A DNA stretch of 63,996 bases, the filler included, from Stramenopiles sp. TOSAG23-2 (taxonomy: Eukaryota): assembly GCA_900128395.1 (NCBI GenBank). It is 11 parts of 11 records of this genome, joined end to end, with 100 filler letters (N's around TTAATTAATTAA, not from the genome) between each part and the next. Parts side by side here need not be neighbours in the genome. Positions count along the whole stretch, not along the records: positions 11,764 to 17,538 come from LT650593.1; positions 17,639 to 23,402 come from LT650594.1; 9 more parts are not named here. The stretch is one strand, 5' to 3'. Under the pieces are notes generated by a model, which ran no database searches, was not told the origin of the DNA, and saw nothing but the letters and a program-made list of their open reading frames with translations. Position 1 is the stretch's first letter. The number at the start of each line of letters is the position of its first letter. Below are positions 11,765 through 22,684 of the stretch, one piece after another. Position numbers and translations under genes: made by a program.

Positions 11765-13555
11765 TACACAGCGCAAGATTTATACCAATTACCGAATGCT
11801 GGTGAATGTAAATCTGACAAAGCGAAAGCAACAACAGCTAAAGAAGATGTTAATAATAAAGATACCGATAAATGTAAACAATATATAGTCGAAGTAGGTA
11901 ATTTTAATAAACTAGATAAAAGTGCACCACAAGTATTCTATAGCGGTGCATTGCATGGAAATGAACGAATAGGGCCGACAGCAGTTGTAGAGTTTATAAC
12001 CTACTTGGTCGAAGAATATGAATTTGATGCTAATGTACGACGACTAGTCGATACACGTTTAACAGTTGCAATGCCAATGCCAAATGGATGGGGATATTAT
12101 CATAATAAAAGAGAAGAAATTAATATAGATCCAAATCGTGATTTTGCATTTAATACTAGCCCTGATAGATGTATGGAAAGTATTGCTGCGCGTGCAATTA
12201 ATGAAGTGTGGATCAATCATGTTTTTCAACTTGGTGTTACATATCATGGTGGTGATAATTTAATTGGTTATCCATGGGGTGATCAAACACATTGTAAACA
12301 TGGTTCAATACGGAAAAGTCCATATTCAAGGTGTTCAAATGGTTTTATAGCTGGTGATAAAATTGCAATGCATGGTTTGGGTGAATTTTTAGTACATGTT
12401 TGTGGTAAAGGTTTTGGTGGTGATGGTCTTTATAAACTTGGAGAAATGAATGATGTGATTTATCCTGTAGAAGGTGGAATGGAAGATTGGGCATATGGTG
12501 GATCGTGGCATTCTGAAAAGACTACATGTAAACCTAAGACATATAATGGATATGCAAAAGAAAAAACAACTTATAAAGATGAAACATTACGTACAGTCTT
12601 ATATTTAATTGAAACGGCAGATGAAAAAATACCAAATCAAAATACACTTGGTTTAAGATATCATCGCTCATTGTTTAGTGTTGGCTCGAAAAATGCTGTT
12701 AGTAAAATGGAGAAAAACAATATGCTTTTATATCCTGGTACAGTTGGTGATGGGCATATACCACGAAATATACGTCTTAGCTTAGGTGTTTTAAATGCAG
12801 TAGAACCATATATAAAAATTAAAAAAGTGAACACCATTAGTAATAATGAAAAGAAAAAATACGAAACTGAAATTAAAATTAGTGTAAATGGCGTGGAGAA
12901 AATAGATGATATTGTTTGTAAAGCATCTGATATAATAACATGTCATATTTCTAATGATCCAAATAAAGAAAATTGGATGCCTTACGGTGGTTTATCGATA
13001 AATGATAATCATATCATTTTAAAAATTGTAATTGAAATCAATTCGCCAGTAAAATTCAAACAATTATTGTTAATGGAAGATAAAGATGAATTGACAACAA
13101 AATCAGCAGCATTAGCATATGAAAAACATTTAACAATACAAATAGGTATTAAAAGTGATTCCCATTGGAAAAAAATACCACCAAAAAGTTCTGATAAAGT
13201 TCACGAATCACATTGGGTAAATGTACGTACAAATCCAAAATATAATGTTGATAGTAAATATGCAAAAATATCTGGAAAGGATATTTGGTACTCCGAACCA
13301 TTTAATGTTGCTGATAAATTTGATGATGCAATACGAGATAAAATAAGAGCTGAACGTAATGAACTACAAATACAAAATGAAGAAAAACAATCTGAAATCA
13401 AAAATGTAGTCTCATTGAAACAGAATGAAAAACATGTTGAAGGCATTGTTCATACAACAATAATTTGGTATGGTACGATTGGTATATTGATTTTTGTATA
13501 TTTATTTTTACGAAAACGATGGAAAAAAACAAAGAAAATCAATACACGTACCTAG
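11765..13555 (+). CDS. Zinc carboxypeptidase (peptidase M14) with C-terminal TM anchor, 5' partial
   Basis: FYSGALHGNE (HxxE zinc ligands), PNG, DPNRDF, TYHGG, YPW, YPVEGGMEDWAY; C-terminal hydrophobic helix followed by basic tail; frame is open from the scaffold start. Confidence 0.9.
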   Translation, partial: YTAQDLYQLPNAGECKSDKAKATTAKEDVNNKDTDKCKQYIVEVGNFNKLDKSAPQVFYSGALHGNERIGPTAVVEFITYLVEEYEFDANVRRLVDTRLTVAMPMPNGWGYYHNKREEINIDPNRDFAFNTSPDRCMESIAARAINEVWINHVFQLGVTYHGGDNLIGYPWGDQTHCKHGSIRKSPYSRCSNGFIAGDKIAMHGLGEFLVHVCGKGFGGDGLYKLGEMNDVIYPVEGGMEDWAYGGSWHSEKTTCKPKTYNGYAKEKTTYKDETLRTVLYLIETADEKIPNQNTLGLRYHRSLFSVGSKNAVSKMEKNNMLLYPGTVGDGHIPRNIRLSLGVLNAVEPYIKIKKVNTISNNEKKKYETEIKISVNGVEKIDDIVCKASDIITCHISNDPNKENWMPYGGLSINDNHIILKIVIEINSPVKFKQLLLMEDKDELTTKSAALAYEKHLTIQIGIKSDSHWKKIPPKSSDKVHESHWVNVRTNPKYNVDSKYAKISGKDIWYSEPFNVADKFDDAIRDKIRAERNELQIQNEEKQSEIKNVVSLKQNEKHVEGIVHTTIIWYGTIGILIFVYLFLRKRWKKTKKINTRT

Positions 13556-14056
13556 AAGTGATAATTTTTCTTCTTTGCTTTTGTACCGGTATTGTGTACG
13601 CATCACATCACATGGTATACTTCGTATATATTATTAAAATATATACGGTACGAACGTACGAAGTACGTAATATATTAATTTAATATATGCGTTTCTAGAG
13701 TATTTTTTATTGTTTTTTTGTATTCTTATAAAATTTATCAGAAGTTTTCGATATGTTAATATAATATTATGTAAAAAATATGTATGTACATGCATATCTC
13801 ATATAATATATACATATGTATGATAGTAGTTATATTTAAATTAATGTATCATATCATATGATATGATAATAGCAATATATATACACAGTATAATATAACT
13901 AATCATAATACTGATACGATAAAATATATAATACAATGCATATTTCTATATTACATTTACATCATTTAAAACAATTTTTTAATCTCAACTATTTATACAC
14001 TTGTATATGTAGATAGATACATGCTATACATTTACGTCAAAAACAAAAAATTATAT

Positions 14057-14440
14057 TTACGCTTCGTTATTTGATAACTTTTCAATAAGTGTTTTTTGTT
14101 CTTGTTCTACTTTAACTAACGAATCATATTCAACACGAAGACGTTCTAATTCAGCATGCTTTTCATCAATAACTGAACGAAGTTCGTTATGTAAAATTTT
14201 CCTATTTTCTGACTCCGACTCCATCTTATTTCGCTGTCCAATTGCCTTCAACTTCGCACGCTCGATTTTCTTTGCTTGCGATGCCATAACATCAACCAAT
14301 ATATCAACAGTATCTGTAAATTCAGTTAACTTTCCTGAGAAAGCGTTACATTCATTTTGAAGTTTTTCAGCTTGGTTAAATTTTTCCTCATCCAAGACTC
14401 TAACTTTTCCTTCGTTATCAAAAGATACACTAATTTCCAT
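14057..14440 (-). CDS. IFT20: Intraflagellar transport protein 20 (127 aa)
   Basis: FDNEGKVRVLD N-terminus, KIERAKLKAIGQRN, ELERLRVEYDSLVKVEQEQ match the IFT20 consensus. Confidence 0.9.
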   Translation of the reverse strand: MEISVSFDNEGKVRVLDEEKFNQAEKLQNECNAFSGKLTEFTDTVDILVDVMASQAKKIERAKLKAIGQRNKMESESENRKILHNELRSVIDEKHAELERLRVEYDSLVKVEQEQKTLIEKLSNNEA

Positions 14441-15118
14441 GGTTCCTATATTATGTGTGTATATATGTATATATATGTATGCGGACGATAATGATGCTGG
14501 AAAGTTGCAGATCGGTATATTCACTGTCTTTTCTCTATTTATTTCTTTTTATTTTATATATATATATATAGATGTTTTTCATAATCTATTTCCATTGTAT
14601 TTATATGTTAAGTATTTGAAATTATTATTCAAAAATTATTTTTTATATGCAGAGAGGTGCAGAGTGCCAGAATTATCGGAATTCATCGGTGTAATACCTT
14701 AAAATATTTTCAAGTTTTTCAAGCAGGTAGTTTAAGTTGGTAGTTTAAGTTATAGTGTTGTGTGTTGTGCCCTTAATAAATTATTAGCTACGTAGTATAC
14801 GTATTAGACTATAATATACGTAGTAGTAAGTTCTACTATTATCTTCTTCACACTATGTACTTTGTCATTACTGCTGTATTATTATTCCTTATAGGAATAC
14901 CTGCCAGGCCTGGTAATATTAATACATTTAACTTGTTCAATATATTATCACATATTATATCAAAACAAATACCTGTATAGATTGATTGTAGAACAGGAAT
15001 AAGTTATAACATTACATATATATTCATATTTATAAGTACTTTTTAGTAGACATAGTATATACGTATATACATATACATATATACACACACATATTTCTAC
15101 ATATACGATATATAAATT

Positions 15119-16174
15119 ATGGCAACTAGAAATTTAACAAGGAAATTTCAAAATTTAAGAAGAGATTCTAAAGGGTCTAGAATTGGGAGTGATAGTGCAC
15201 ATGATGAATGGGAACAAGCAAGACGAACGTTGCCACCATATTGGGTTGATACCGTGGATGAATGCCGTGTTCATATTGATCAAATATCAAAAAAAAGTAA
15301 GTATATACATACGCATATATATATATATATATGTATATGTATGTCATTTAAAACATAAAAAATTTTCTAACACACAAATATATATAAATATAATTTAGTG
15401 CAAGAGCTGGAATCAACACATAATAAACGTTTACGTGTATTTACAGATTCAGAAGAAGCGAAGTTAGAAGGTGAAATTGAAATTATAACAGGTCAAATCA
15501 CCAATTTATTTAGGAAAACAGAAAGAAATTTAAAACGCATTTTCTCCGCGCAATTGCAAAAAGGTACTCATGATGATACGATACGTAAAAATATACAACG
15601 TTCGATGGCAAAACAATTACAAGATTTTTCATTTGATTTTAGAAGAATGCAAAAAGCTTACATGGAAAAGTTAAAAGGTAAAAAGTTAGGTAGTGAAGGT
15701 GATGGATTTGGATTTGGAAATTCAAATTCATCTGATGATAATAATAATAATAGCGATGGGGTAGACACAGGATTTAATGATATGCAATTGGAAATGCTGC
15801 GAAATTATGAAAGCGATATTAATCAACGAGATAAAGAAATTGCAGCCATTGCAAAATCGATTGGTGAATTAGCAACAATATTTAAAGAATTGTCTGTATT
15901 AGTTATTGATCAAGGTACGATATTAGATCGTATTGATTATAATATGGAACAAGTAAATGATAAAGTTGAAAAAGGTGTTGAAGAATTGGAAAAAGCTGTG
16001 AAATATCAAAAATCATCACGACCTGTATGGTGTATTGTAGTATTATTACTAGCAAATGGTATAATGATTTTATTGTTATATTTAAAATTAAAACCAAAAG
16101 ATGAAAATTCATCAAATAATGATAGTAGTGCTAGTGATAATGGAAGAAGAATGTTACGTGGATTAGGATTTTAA
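15119..16174 (+). CDS. STX16: Syntaxin-16 / SYP4-like Qa-SNARE, ~317 aa; exons 15119-15296 and 15399-16174
   Basis: N-peptide MATRNLTRKF, LPPYWVD, SNARE motif IFKELSVLVIDQGTILDRIDYNME, C-terminal TM; phase-1 intron GTAAGT(15297)..TTTAG(15398) with CTAAC branch-like site restores the frame. Confidence 0.92.
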
Positions 16175-16577
16175 ACGAATGATATTTTATCAAAGATACT
16201 AATATATTAAAGAAAAAAATATTTTTTGATGTGTGAGAAGAAATTTATTACGAACGTAATACCGAGACGACGTCGTAGTTTTTGAATATTATATATACTA
16301 ATATATAAATATTTTTATATAGTTTTAATTTACTCCATATGAGATAAAAAAACGAAGTGTACAGTATAACTGAGAGGCAATAATACAAGTATCTATCTCA
16401 CACACTATGTACACTTGTATATATATGATACCCTACTATTGTATTTTTTTATATATAAAGAAAATAACAAATATTATTTTATCTCACTCATACCTCTTTT
16501 AAAAAACATGATATAATATGATAGCTATATAGACGACGACTCAAATAATCGTTATATAAACATACATGCACGGACAC

Positions 16578-16610
<33 letters not shown>

Positions 16611-16633
16611 ACTATCTTTATTCATCGTTTTTC

Positions 16634-16729
16634 NNNNNNNNNNNNNNNNNNNNNNNNNNNNNNNNNNNNNNNNNNNNNNNNNNNNNNNNNNNNNNNNNNN
16701 NNNNNNNNNNNNNNNNNNNNNNNNNNNNN
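16634..16729. other. Intra-scaffold gap (96 N, no linker) with duplicated flanks around a (TA)n tract
   Basis: GACACATATAA..(TA)n..ACTATCTTTATTCATCGTTTTTC occurs on both sides of the gap. Confidence 0.9.
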
Positions 16730-16774
16730 GACACATATAAAAATATATATATATATATATATATATAACTATCT

Positions 16775-17170
16775 TTATTCATCGTTTTTCCAAAATTTTT
16801 TCAAAAAATCTGATTCACCAGTATTTAAACTATTATTAACTTCATTATTTTCTTGTATCATTCTTGGATCTTCCAAAATTCTCATTAAATGTGGTTTTTG
16901 TTTATATTGCATAAGTGTTTCTTCCAAATCCATTTCCCCTTTTACTACAAGCATATCAACGATACGTGGATCTTGAATATGCGCTGATTTCCTAAAATGC
17001 CATGTAATTGCACGCCTCATCTCTGGCAATGGCATATCTACATCAAAAACCGTTTTTACTTTTGGTGTTGCTTTTAATACATTTCTGTATAATTTAAGTG
17101 CACGGCTTGATGCTTCCTTCAAACTTTGTGAAGATGCAGTGGTTACACGTGTCAAATGTCCTGGATTCAT
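16775..17170 (-). CDS. NDUFA6: NADH dehydrogenase 1 alpha subcomplex subunit 6 (B14, LYR family)
   Basis: ALKLYR motif, FRKSAHIQDPRIVDMLVVKGEMDLEETLMQYKQKPHL. Confidence 0.88.
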   Translation of the reverse strand: MNPGHLTRVTTASSQSLKEASSRALKLYRNVLKATPKVKTVFDVDMPLPEMRRAITWHFRKSAHIQDPRIVDMLVVKGEMDLEETLMQYKQKPHLMRILEDPRMIQENNEVNNSLNTGESDFLKKFWKNDE

Positions 17171-17967
17171 GTTTTATATATGTGTGTATATACGTCTCTC
17201 TTTTTCACTTATAAATCTTGTGTAACAACAATTAATGTATGTTATCTATTGTTACCTTGTGTAATAACTATTCTTCTTCATTAATGACTTATATTATTAT
17301 TTATTAATTCATTTTCCTTTCTTCTATTCTACATCTGGACTACTATCAATATACGTCGCGAACCATTTTTTACAATCTCTTCTGATGTGCTTCTTGCCTG
17401 CTGGGCCTGCTTGCCTGCTGGCCTGCCTTAGCCTGGGCGAATAATAGATTAATAGTATCTCTGGTGGCTTAGACTACAGAATGTACAGAGCAATTCTTAA
17501 ATATTGGGTGGGCAAGATCCAATTCAACCAACACCAGCNNNNNNNNNNNNNNNNNNNNNNNNNNNNNNNNNNNNNNNNNNNNTTAATTAATTAANNNNNN
17601 NNNNNNNNNNNNNNNNNNNNNNNNNNNNNNNNNNNNNNGATGCTAAAAGACATGTATTATGAAAGATACCGATAAATTTGTAATTTATTACTATGATAAA
17701 GTATGTTTTTTAAATTTTCTATTTTTTTTTTTTAATTTAACAAGTTAAATTTATTAATTATCAAGTACAATTTCTTCCTATATCTTCGTATTCTAGTCGC
17801 CGAAGGCGGCTTCGCCGTGTTGCACTCAGTGTTGCACAGCTGGTGGGTACTCATATAGTATACGAATAGCATAGCGGGGTTTCCTGAGTATGATTTGGTT
17901 AGTCGAAATGTGCAAACTTAAACTGCTATATTTTTTTGTTTTTATTTTTTTGAAATGATTATTGTAG

Positions 17968-18449
17968 GGCAAATGCAAATGGGCTTAGTGGGTAGTGTTA
18001 TATTAAATAACAAACAAACAATAGATCGTAATAATACTAAAGATAAACTTAAAAATGCGGATGGAAGCGCTGATGAGGATGAATATGGAGAAGGAATATT
18101 ACCAGCAGCTAATTTTGTATGCTCTGCATTTGGATGTGTTCTTGGTAGCTTGCTCGGTCCCTATATTTGGAGCTTAGGAAGTAGCGCACCCGGTATTGTT
18201 GGCTTTATCACAACATCATTTAATTTTTCACTTTGGTTTTTCTATTATAAATATCATCATCATTATCCTGTAGAATCTGGCACAATGAATATAGATGATA
18301 AAAAAAGTTCTGGTATAAAAGAATATTTTGACGAGAGAAGACCAACCTTTTTAAAATTTTTTTTTGTGGAATATATGTGTCATTTAATTATATATTATTT
18401 TACAACAAAAATTTTTATATGTTCGTATACGACTTCGTATCATGTTTAA
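17968..18449 (+). CDS. Probable terminal exon of a multi-pass membrane protein (MFS-like C-terminus)
   Basis: Acceptor-like TGTAG at 17963-17967; ANFVCSAFGCVLGSLLGPYIW...GIVGFITTSFNFSLWFFY resembles the last two MFS helices; upstream exons not resolved. Confidence 0.45.
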
Positions 18450-18475
18450 ATGAATATAGATATTATAATAAAGTA

Positions 18476-21400
18476 TTAAATATTAAGGATTCCACCTTTT
18501 GAAATTATAAGATCAATTATCTCTTGTTGAACTAGACTAGTTTTATTTTTTTTTGCCTCATCCAATGGCGTAAATCCAAATTCATCTGTCTTATTAATAC
18601 TATCAAGAGACATATGCTTTAATAAGCATTCAATCACCTCAGTATTGTTTTGGTTATTATATGCTGCTAAATGTAATGCATTAAACCCACTTTTATGTAA
18701 AATATTAGGATCAGCTTCAACCTTTTCAATTAAATATTGAACTATTTGAAAATGATCTTTCCATGCTGCTATCACCAAAGGTGCATATTTATTACCACAA
18801 CTATCTTTACCTTTTTGATTCACATATTCTTTCAATGGCATATTATTATTATTATCATTACTACCACTATTCACATCATCATGCCCTGCAATCAATAATT
18901 TCACATCCTCAAAACGTCCTTTTTCACATGCACATATTATTGGTGTACCTTTTGGAAATTCTTTTTTATATTTCTCCTTTAATTCTTTCAACGCAATTTT
19001 ATTACTATCAATTTTAGCTAATTTCTTTTTTCCCTTTATTTTACTATTATTATTATTGTTATTATCTTGTTGTGGTTGTCCATCAAAATGATTTAAATCA
19101 CCATTATGAACTCCTCCTACATTATTACCATTTTCATCATAACGAATTGCTTTTCCACCTTTTAAGTGTATAAAATCAATTATCTTTTGTTTAATTGAAC
19201 TATCATTATAATCATAACAATTGTCCAATGGTGTGTATTCGTAACGGTTCTTTTTATTAATACTATCATGGGTCATGTGATTTAGTAAACATTCAATCAC
19301 ATCAGTATCCTTTTTGTTATATTGTGCTGCCCAATGTAATGCATTTGACCCATCAATACACTTTGCAGGATTAGCTTCACCTTTTTTAATTAAATATTGA
19401 ACTATTTGAAAATGTTCGCCCCTTGCAGCTATCATTAAAGGTGTCCATTTAGTATAACCATCACTACCTTCAGCAACTTTATTCACATATTCTTTCAATG
19501 CCATACTATTATTACCATCTGTACTACCATTCACATCATGATGGCCTGTAATCAATAATTTCACATCCTCAAAATGTCCTTTTTCACATGCACATACTAT
19601 TGGTGTACCTTTTGGAAATTCTTTTTTATACTTCTCCAGTACTGCCTCTTTAGCTATTATTTCTGAAGAAGGCTTTACATCCTCTTTTTCTGGACGTTTT
19701 CTACCTTTTGACAATTCTTCTCCCCGTTTTCCACCTTGTGAACGTATAAGATCAATGATCTTTCGACTAATTGGACTTACATCGTGATAACAAAAGTCTA
19801 ATGGAGTCTCTCCATTTCTGTCCTGTTTATTAATACTATCAAGAGACATATGCTTTAATAAGCATTTAATCACATTAATACTATCGCTGTTATATGTTGC
19901 AAAATGTAATGCATTCCACCCATCTCTACTTCTTGCAATAGTAGGATCAGCTTCAGCTTGATCAATTAGATATTGGACTATTTGGACATGTTCTTTCGCT
20001 GCAGCTATCATTAAAGGTGTATATCTGTTACCACAACTATCTTTCCCAACTTGATTGACATATTCTTTCAATGGCATATTTTTCAATGGCATATTATTAT
20101 TACCTTCACTATGCCCTGCAATCAATAATTTCACATCCTCAAAACATCCTTTTTCACATGCACATACTATTGGTGTACCTTTTGGAAATTCTTTTTTATA
20201 CTTCTCCAGTACTGCCTCTTTAGCTATTATTTCTGAAGAAGGCTTTACATCCTCTTTTTCTGGACGTTTTCTACCTTTTGACAATTCTTCTCCCCGTTTT
20301 CCACCTTGTGAACGTATAAGATCAATGATCTTTCGACTAATTGGACTTACATCGTGATAACAAAAGTCTAATGGAGTCTCTCCATTTCTGTCCTGTTTAT
20401 TAATACTATCAAGAGACATATGCTTTAATAAGCATTTAATCACATTAATACTATCGCTGTTATATGTTGCAAAATGTAATGCATTCCACCCATCTCTACT
20501 TCTTGCAATAGTAGGATCAGCTTCAGCTTGATCAATTAGATATTGGACTATTTGGACATGTTCTTTCGCTGCAGCTATCATTAAAGGTGTATATCCGTTA
20601 CCACAACTATCTTTCCCAACTTGATTGACATATTCTTTCAATGGCATATTTTTCAATGGCATATTATTATTACCTTCACTATGCCCTGCAATCAATAATT
20701 TCACTTCCTCAAAACGTCCTTTTTCACATGCACATACTATTGGTGTACCTTTTGGAAATTCTTTTTTATATTTCTCCATTAATTCTTTCAAACCATTTTT
20801 ACTACTACTATCATTTTTTGCTAATTTCTTTTTTTTCTTTATTTTTTTACTACATGTACTATTATTGTTATTATTATTATTACTACTACTAGAGCTACTA
20901 CTAAAACCCAACATCATTGTATCAGTTTCATCAACATATGTTCCAACATCCGTCTTTGATGATGATGGTGGTGATGAACCACTGATACCACTATATCCAT
21001 GTATACTGGTACTACTATTATCATCATTACTACTTCCAATCATTTTTTCCAAATCCAATACTTTTAAACTTATAATATCTTTTTTTGCATGTTTAAATGG
21101 CAAACAATTTTCAACACGTAATTTAACACCCAATGGTATTAATATCTCATTTTCATGTGTCACATCAGAAAATTCTTTGATTGATTTACCACATCCAGAT
21201 ATTGAAAATATTGTATTCCATTCGTTTTCATCAGCAAAATCAACCATTACAACATTTCCATCAGTTGAACAACTTGAAAATGCACTCCAAAAAAAACATT
21301 TACCATTTGGATACTCACGGTTTTTAAATTTTTGATTGACAACACGATAAAATGTACCATCTGCTTCATTTGGCAATTTATCCAGTCCGGATAAAAGTAA

Positions 21401-22684
21401 ACGTGCAAAATTAAGCATTTTCTTACGTTCTCTATTATTTCTTAAACATTCATTGAAACGCTTATATAAACAATCTTGTGTATATAAATGTATTGCAGCA
21501 ATTTCATCAATTGTTAATGTTTTATTACGATGTGCATTGACTTTTCTTTTCGCAAATTCTAATGCAACATTTTTACCTGATGTATATTGTTGATCTATAT
21601 TGTTTAAACAGTCTTCAAATGATTTGACTGGAGCATTGTACAAGTCTTTAATCCACTTCTCCGATACTTGTTTTGCAAAACCTGTATCAACTACTTTTCC
21701 TTTTATTTCTTTTAATCCATGTTTATTTAATTCTTGGACTAATTTAGTTGATGTCCATCGTGTAGCTACTTTTGGTAAAAGCATTTTGGCAACCATATTA
21801 CCTAATATTTTATCTCTAATTTTGCATGATCTAATAATATATTTACGCATGTCACCATTCTGATTTGGAGAATTATTTTCAAATCCTGGACAATCGTAAA
21901 TCAACCAACCACATAATAATTCAGCAATTATTAAACCTAATGACCAAACATCTGCTTTCCCATCGATTTCAACACCTGGTTTTATACTTTCTGGTGCTTG
22001 ATATGTTTCATGACCACGTGCTTTTGCTAAAGTTTGTTTCTTGTATGTTTTCATATCATGGCCTGTGAATTGTGCTGCTAAACCCAAATCAATTAATTTT
22101 AAATTTCCATCTTTACCAAAACATATATTATCTTGTTTCAAATCACGATGGACCAAACCTCTGTCATGTAAAAATTCCAACCCTTTGGCAATTTGTAACA
22201 TGTATTGTCGTATTAGTTGCGGTGTCAAAGCAGATTTGATATTTTTATAATATTCATCCATAGTTTCACCACACAACTCCATTTTGATGAAGATATATTT
22301 ATCAGTATCATGTACAATGCCATGATAACCTACAACATGTGTATGACCAGTTGGATTTGTAACTCTAGCTAAGTTTTCAATTTCTTTTGGGACTTTTTTC
22401 ACTGCATCTTGGCCTCGATTTTCTGCCATATCTTCTTTGTCAATGACTTTTACTGCATAAGATTGTTTTTCAGTAATATGAAATACACAATAAACACTTC
22501 CAAAAGCACCGCTTCCAAGTTCAGCATCCGTGACTTTTTCAGCCTTTTTATTACATTTTCTATCTCTGAGTTCAAATTTATTGGTTTCAAAAATCTTCAG
22601 TACACTTTTTTCTCCTTCTGATGTAGCAGTAGTGGTTCTTGTTGTAGAGGAAGAAGACAAAGACGAAGAGGAGAAAGAAGCCAT
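18476..22684 (-). CDS. Ser/Thr protein kinase - mono-ADP-ribosyltransferase (R-S-E) - ankyrin repeat fusion protein, ~1402 aa, intronless
   Basis: Kinase (~22530-21730): LGSGAFGSV, AVK, HRDLKQDN, DLG, APE, DVWSLG. ART (~21560-21055): AAIHLYT, LYKRFNECLR, FYR, FSSCS, HENEILIP. Four ankyrin modules each starting KYKKEFPKGTPI(V/I)CACEKG with (T/A)PLxIAA, NALHxA and TPLD. Confidence 0.9.
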   Translation of the reverse strand: MASFSSSSLSSSSTTRTTTATSEGEKSVLKIFETNKFELRDRKCNKKAEKVTDAELGSGAFGSVYCVFHITEKQSYAVKVIDKEDMAENRGQDAVKKVPKEIENLARVTNPTGHTHVVGYHGIVHDTDKYIFIKMELCGETMDEYYKNIKSALTPQLIRQYMLQIAKGLEFLHDRGLVHRDLKQDNICFGKDGNLKLIDLGLAAQFTGHDMKTYKKQTLAKARGHETYQAPESIKPGVEIDGKADVWSLGLIIAELLCGWLIYDCPGFENNSPNQNGDMRKYIIRSCKIRDKILGNMVAKMLLPKVATRWTSTKLVQELNKHGLKEIKGKVVDTGFAKQVSEKWIKDLYNAPVKSFEDCLNNIDQQYTSGKNVALEFAKRKVNAHRNKTLTIDEIAAIHLYTQDCLYKRFNECLRNNRERKKMLNFARLLLSGLDKLPNEADGTFYRVVNQKFKNREYPNGKCFFWSAFSSCSTDGNVVMVDFADENEWNTIFSISGCGKSIKEFSDVTHENEILIPLGVKLRVENCLPFKHAKKDIISLKVLDLEKMIGSSNDDNSSTSIHGYSGISGSSPPSSSKTDVGTYVDETDTMMLGFSSSSSSSNNNNNNNSTCSKKIKKKKKLAKNDSSSKNGLKELMEKYKKEFPKGTPIVCACEKGRFEEVKLLIAGHSEGNNNMPLKNMPLKEYVNQVGKDSCGNGYTPLMIAAAKEHVQIVQYLIDQAEADPTIARSRDGWNALHFATYNSDSINVIKCLLKHMSLDSINKQDRNGETPLDFCYHDVSPISRKIIDLIRSQGGKRGEELSKGRKRPEKEDVKPSSEIIAKEAVLEKYKKEFPKGTPIVCACEKGCFEDVKLLIAGHSEGNNNMPLKNMPLKEYVNQVGKDSCGNRYTPLMIAAAKEHVQIVQYLIDQAEADPTIARSRDGWNALHFATYNSDSINVIKCLLKHMSLDSINKQDRNGETPLDFCYHDVSPISRKIIDLIRSQGGKRGEELSKGRKRPEKEDVKPSSEIIAKEAVLEKYKKEFPKGTPIVCACEKGHFEDVKLLITGHHDVNGSTDGNNSMALKEYVNKVAEGSDGYTKWTPLMIAARGEHFQIVQYLIKKGEANPAKCIDGSNALHWAAQYNKKDTDVIECLLNHMTHDSINKKNRYEYTPLDNCYDYNDSSIKQKIIDFIHLKGGKAIRYDENGNNVGGVHNGDLNHFDGQPQQDNNNNNNSKIKGKKKLAKIDSNKIALKELKEKYKKEFPKGTPIICACEKGRFEDVKLLIAGHDDVNSGSNDNNNNMPLKEYVNQKGKDSCGNKYAPLVIAAWKDHFQIVQYLIEKVEADPNILHKSGFNALHLAAYNNQNNTEVIECLLKHMSLDSINKTDEFGFTPLDEAKKNKTSLVQQEIIDLIISKGGILNI
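19549..20770 (-). repeat. 570-bp near-identical in-frame tandem duplication within the ankyrin array
   Basis: Sequence at ~19561-20130 matches 20131-20700 with only a few substitutions; module starts at ~20770, 20200, 19630 and 18970. Confidence 0.95.

Noticed and set aside
18970..20770. Regular repeats as a CRISPR array or satellite
   Set aside because: They are in-frame protein-coding ankyrin modules, with no short repeat-spacer structure
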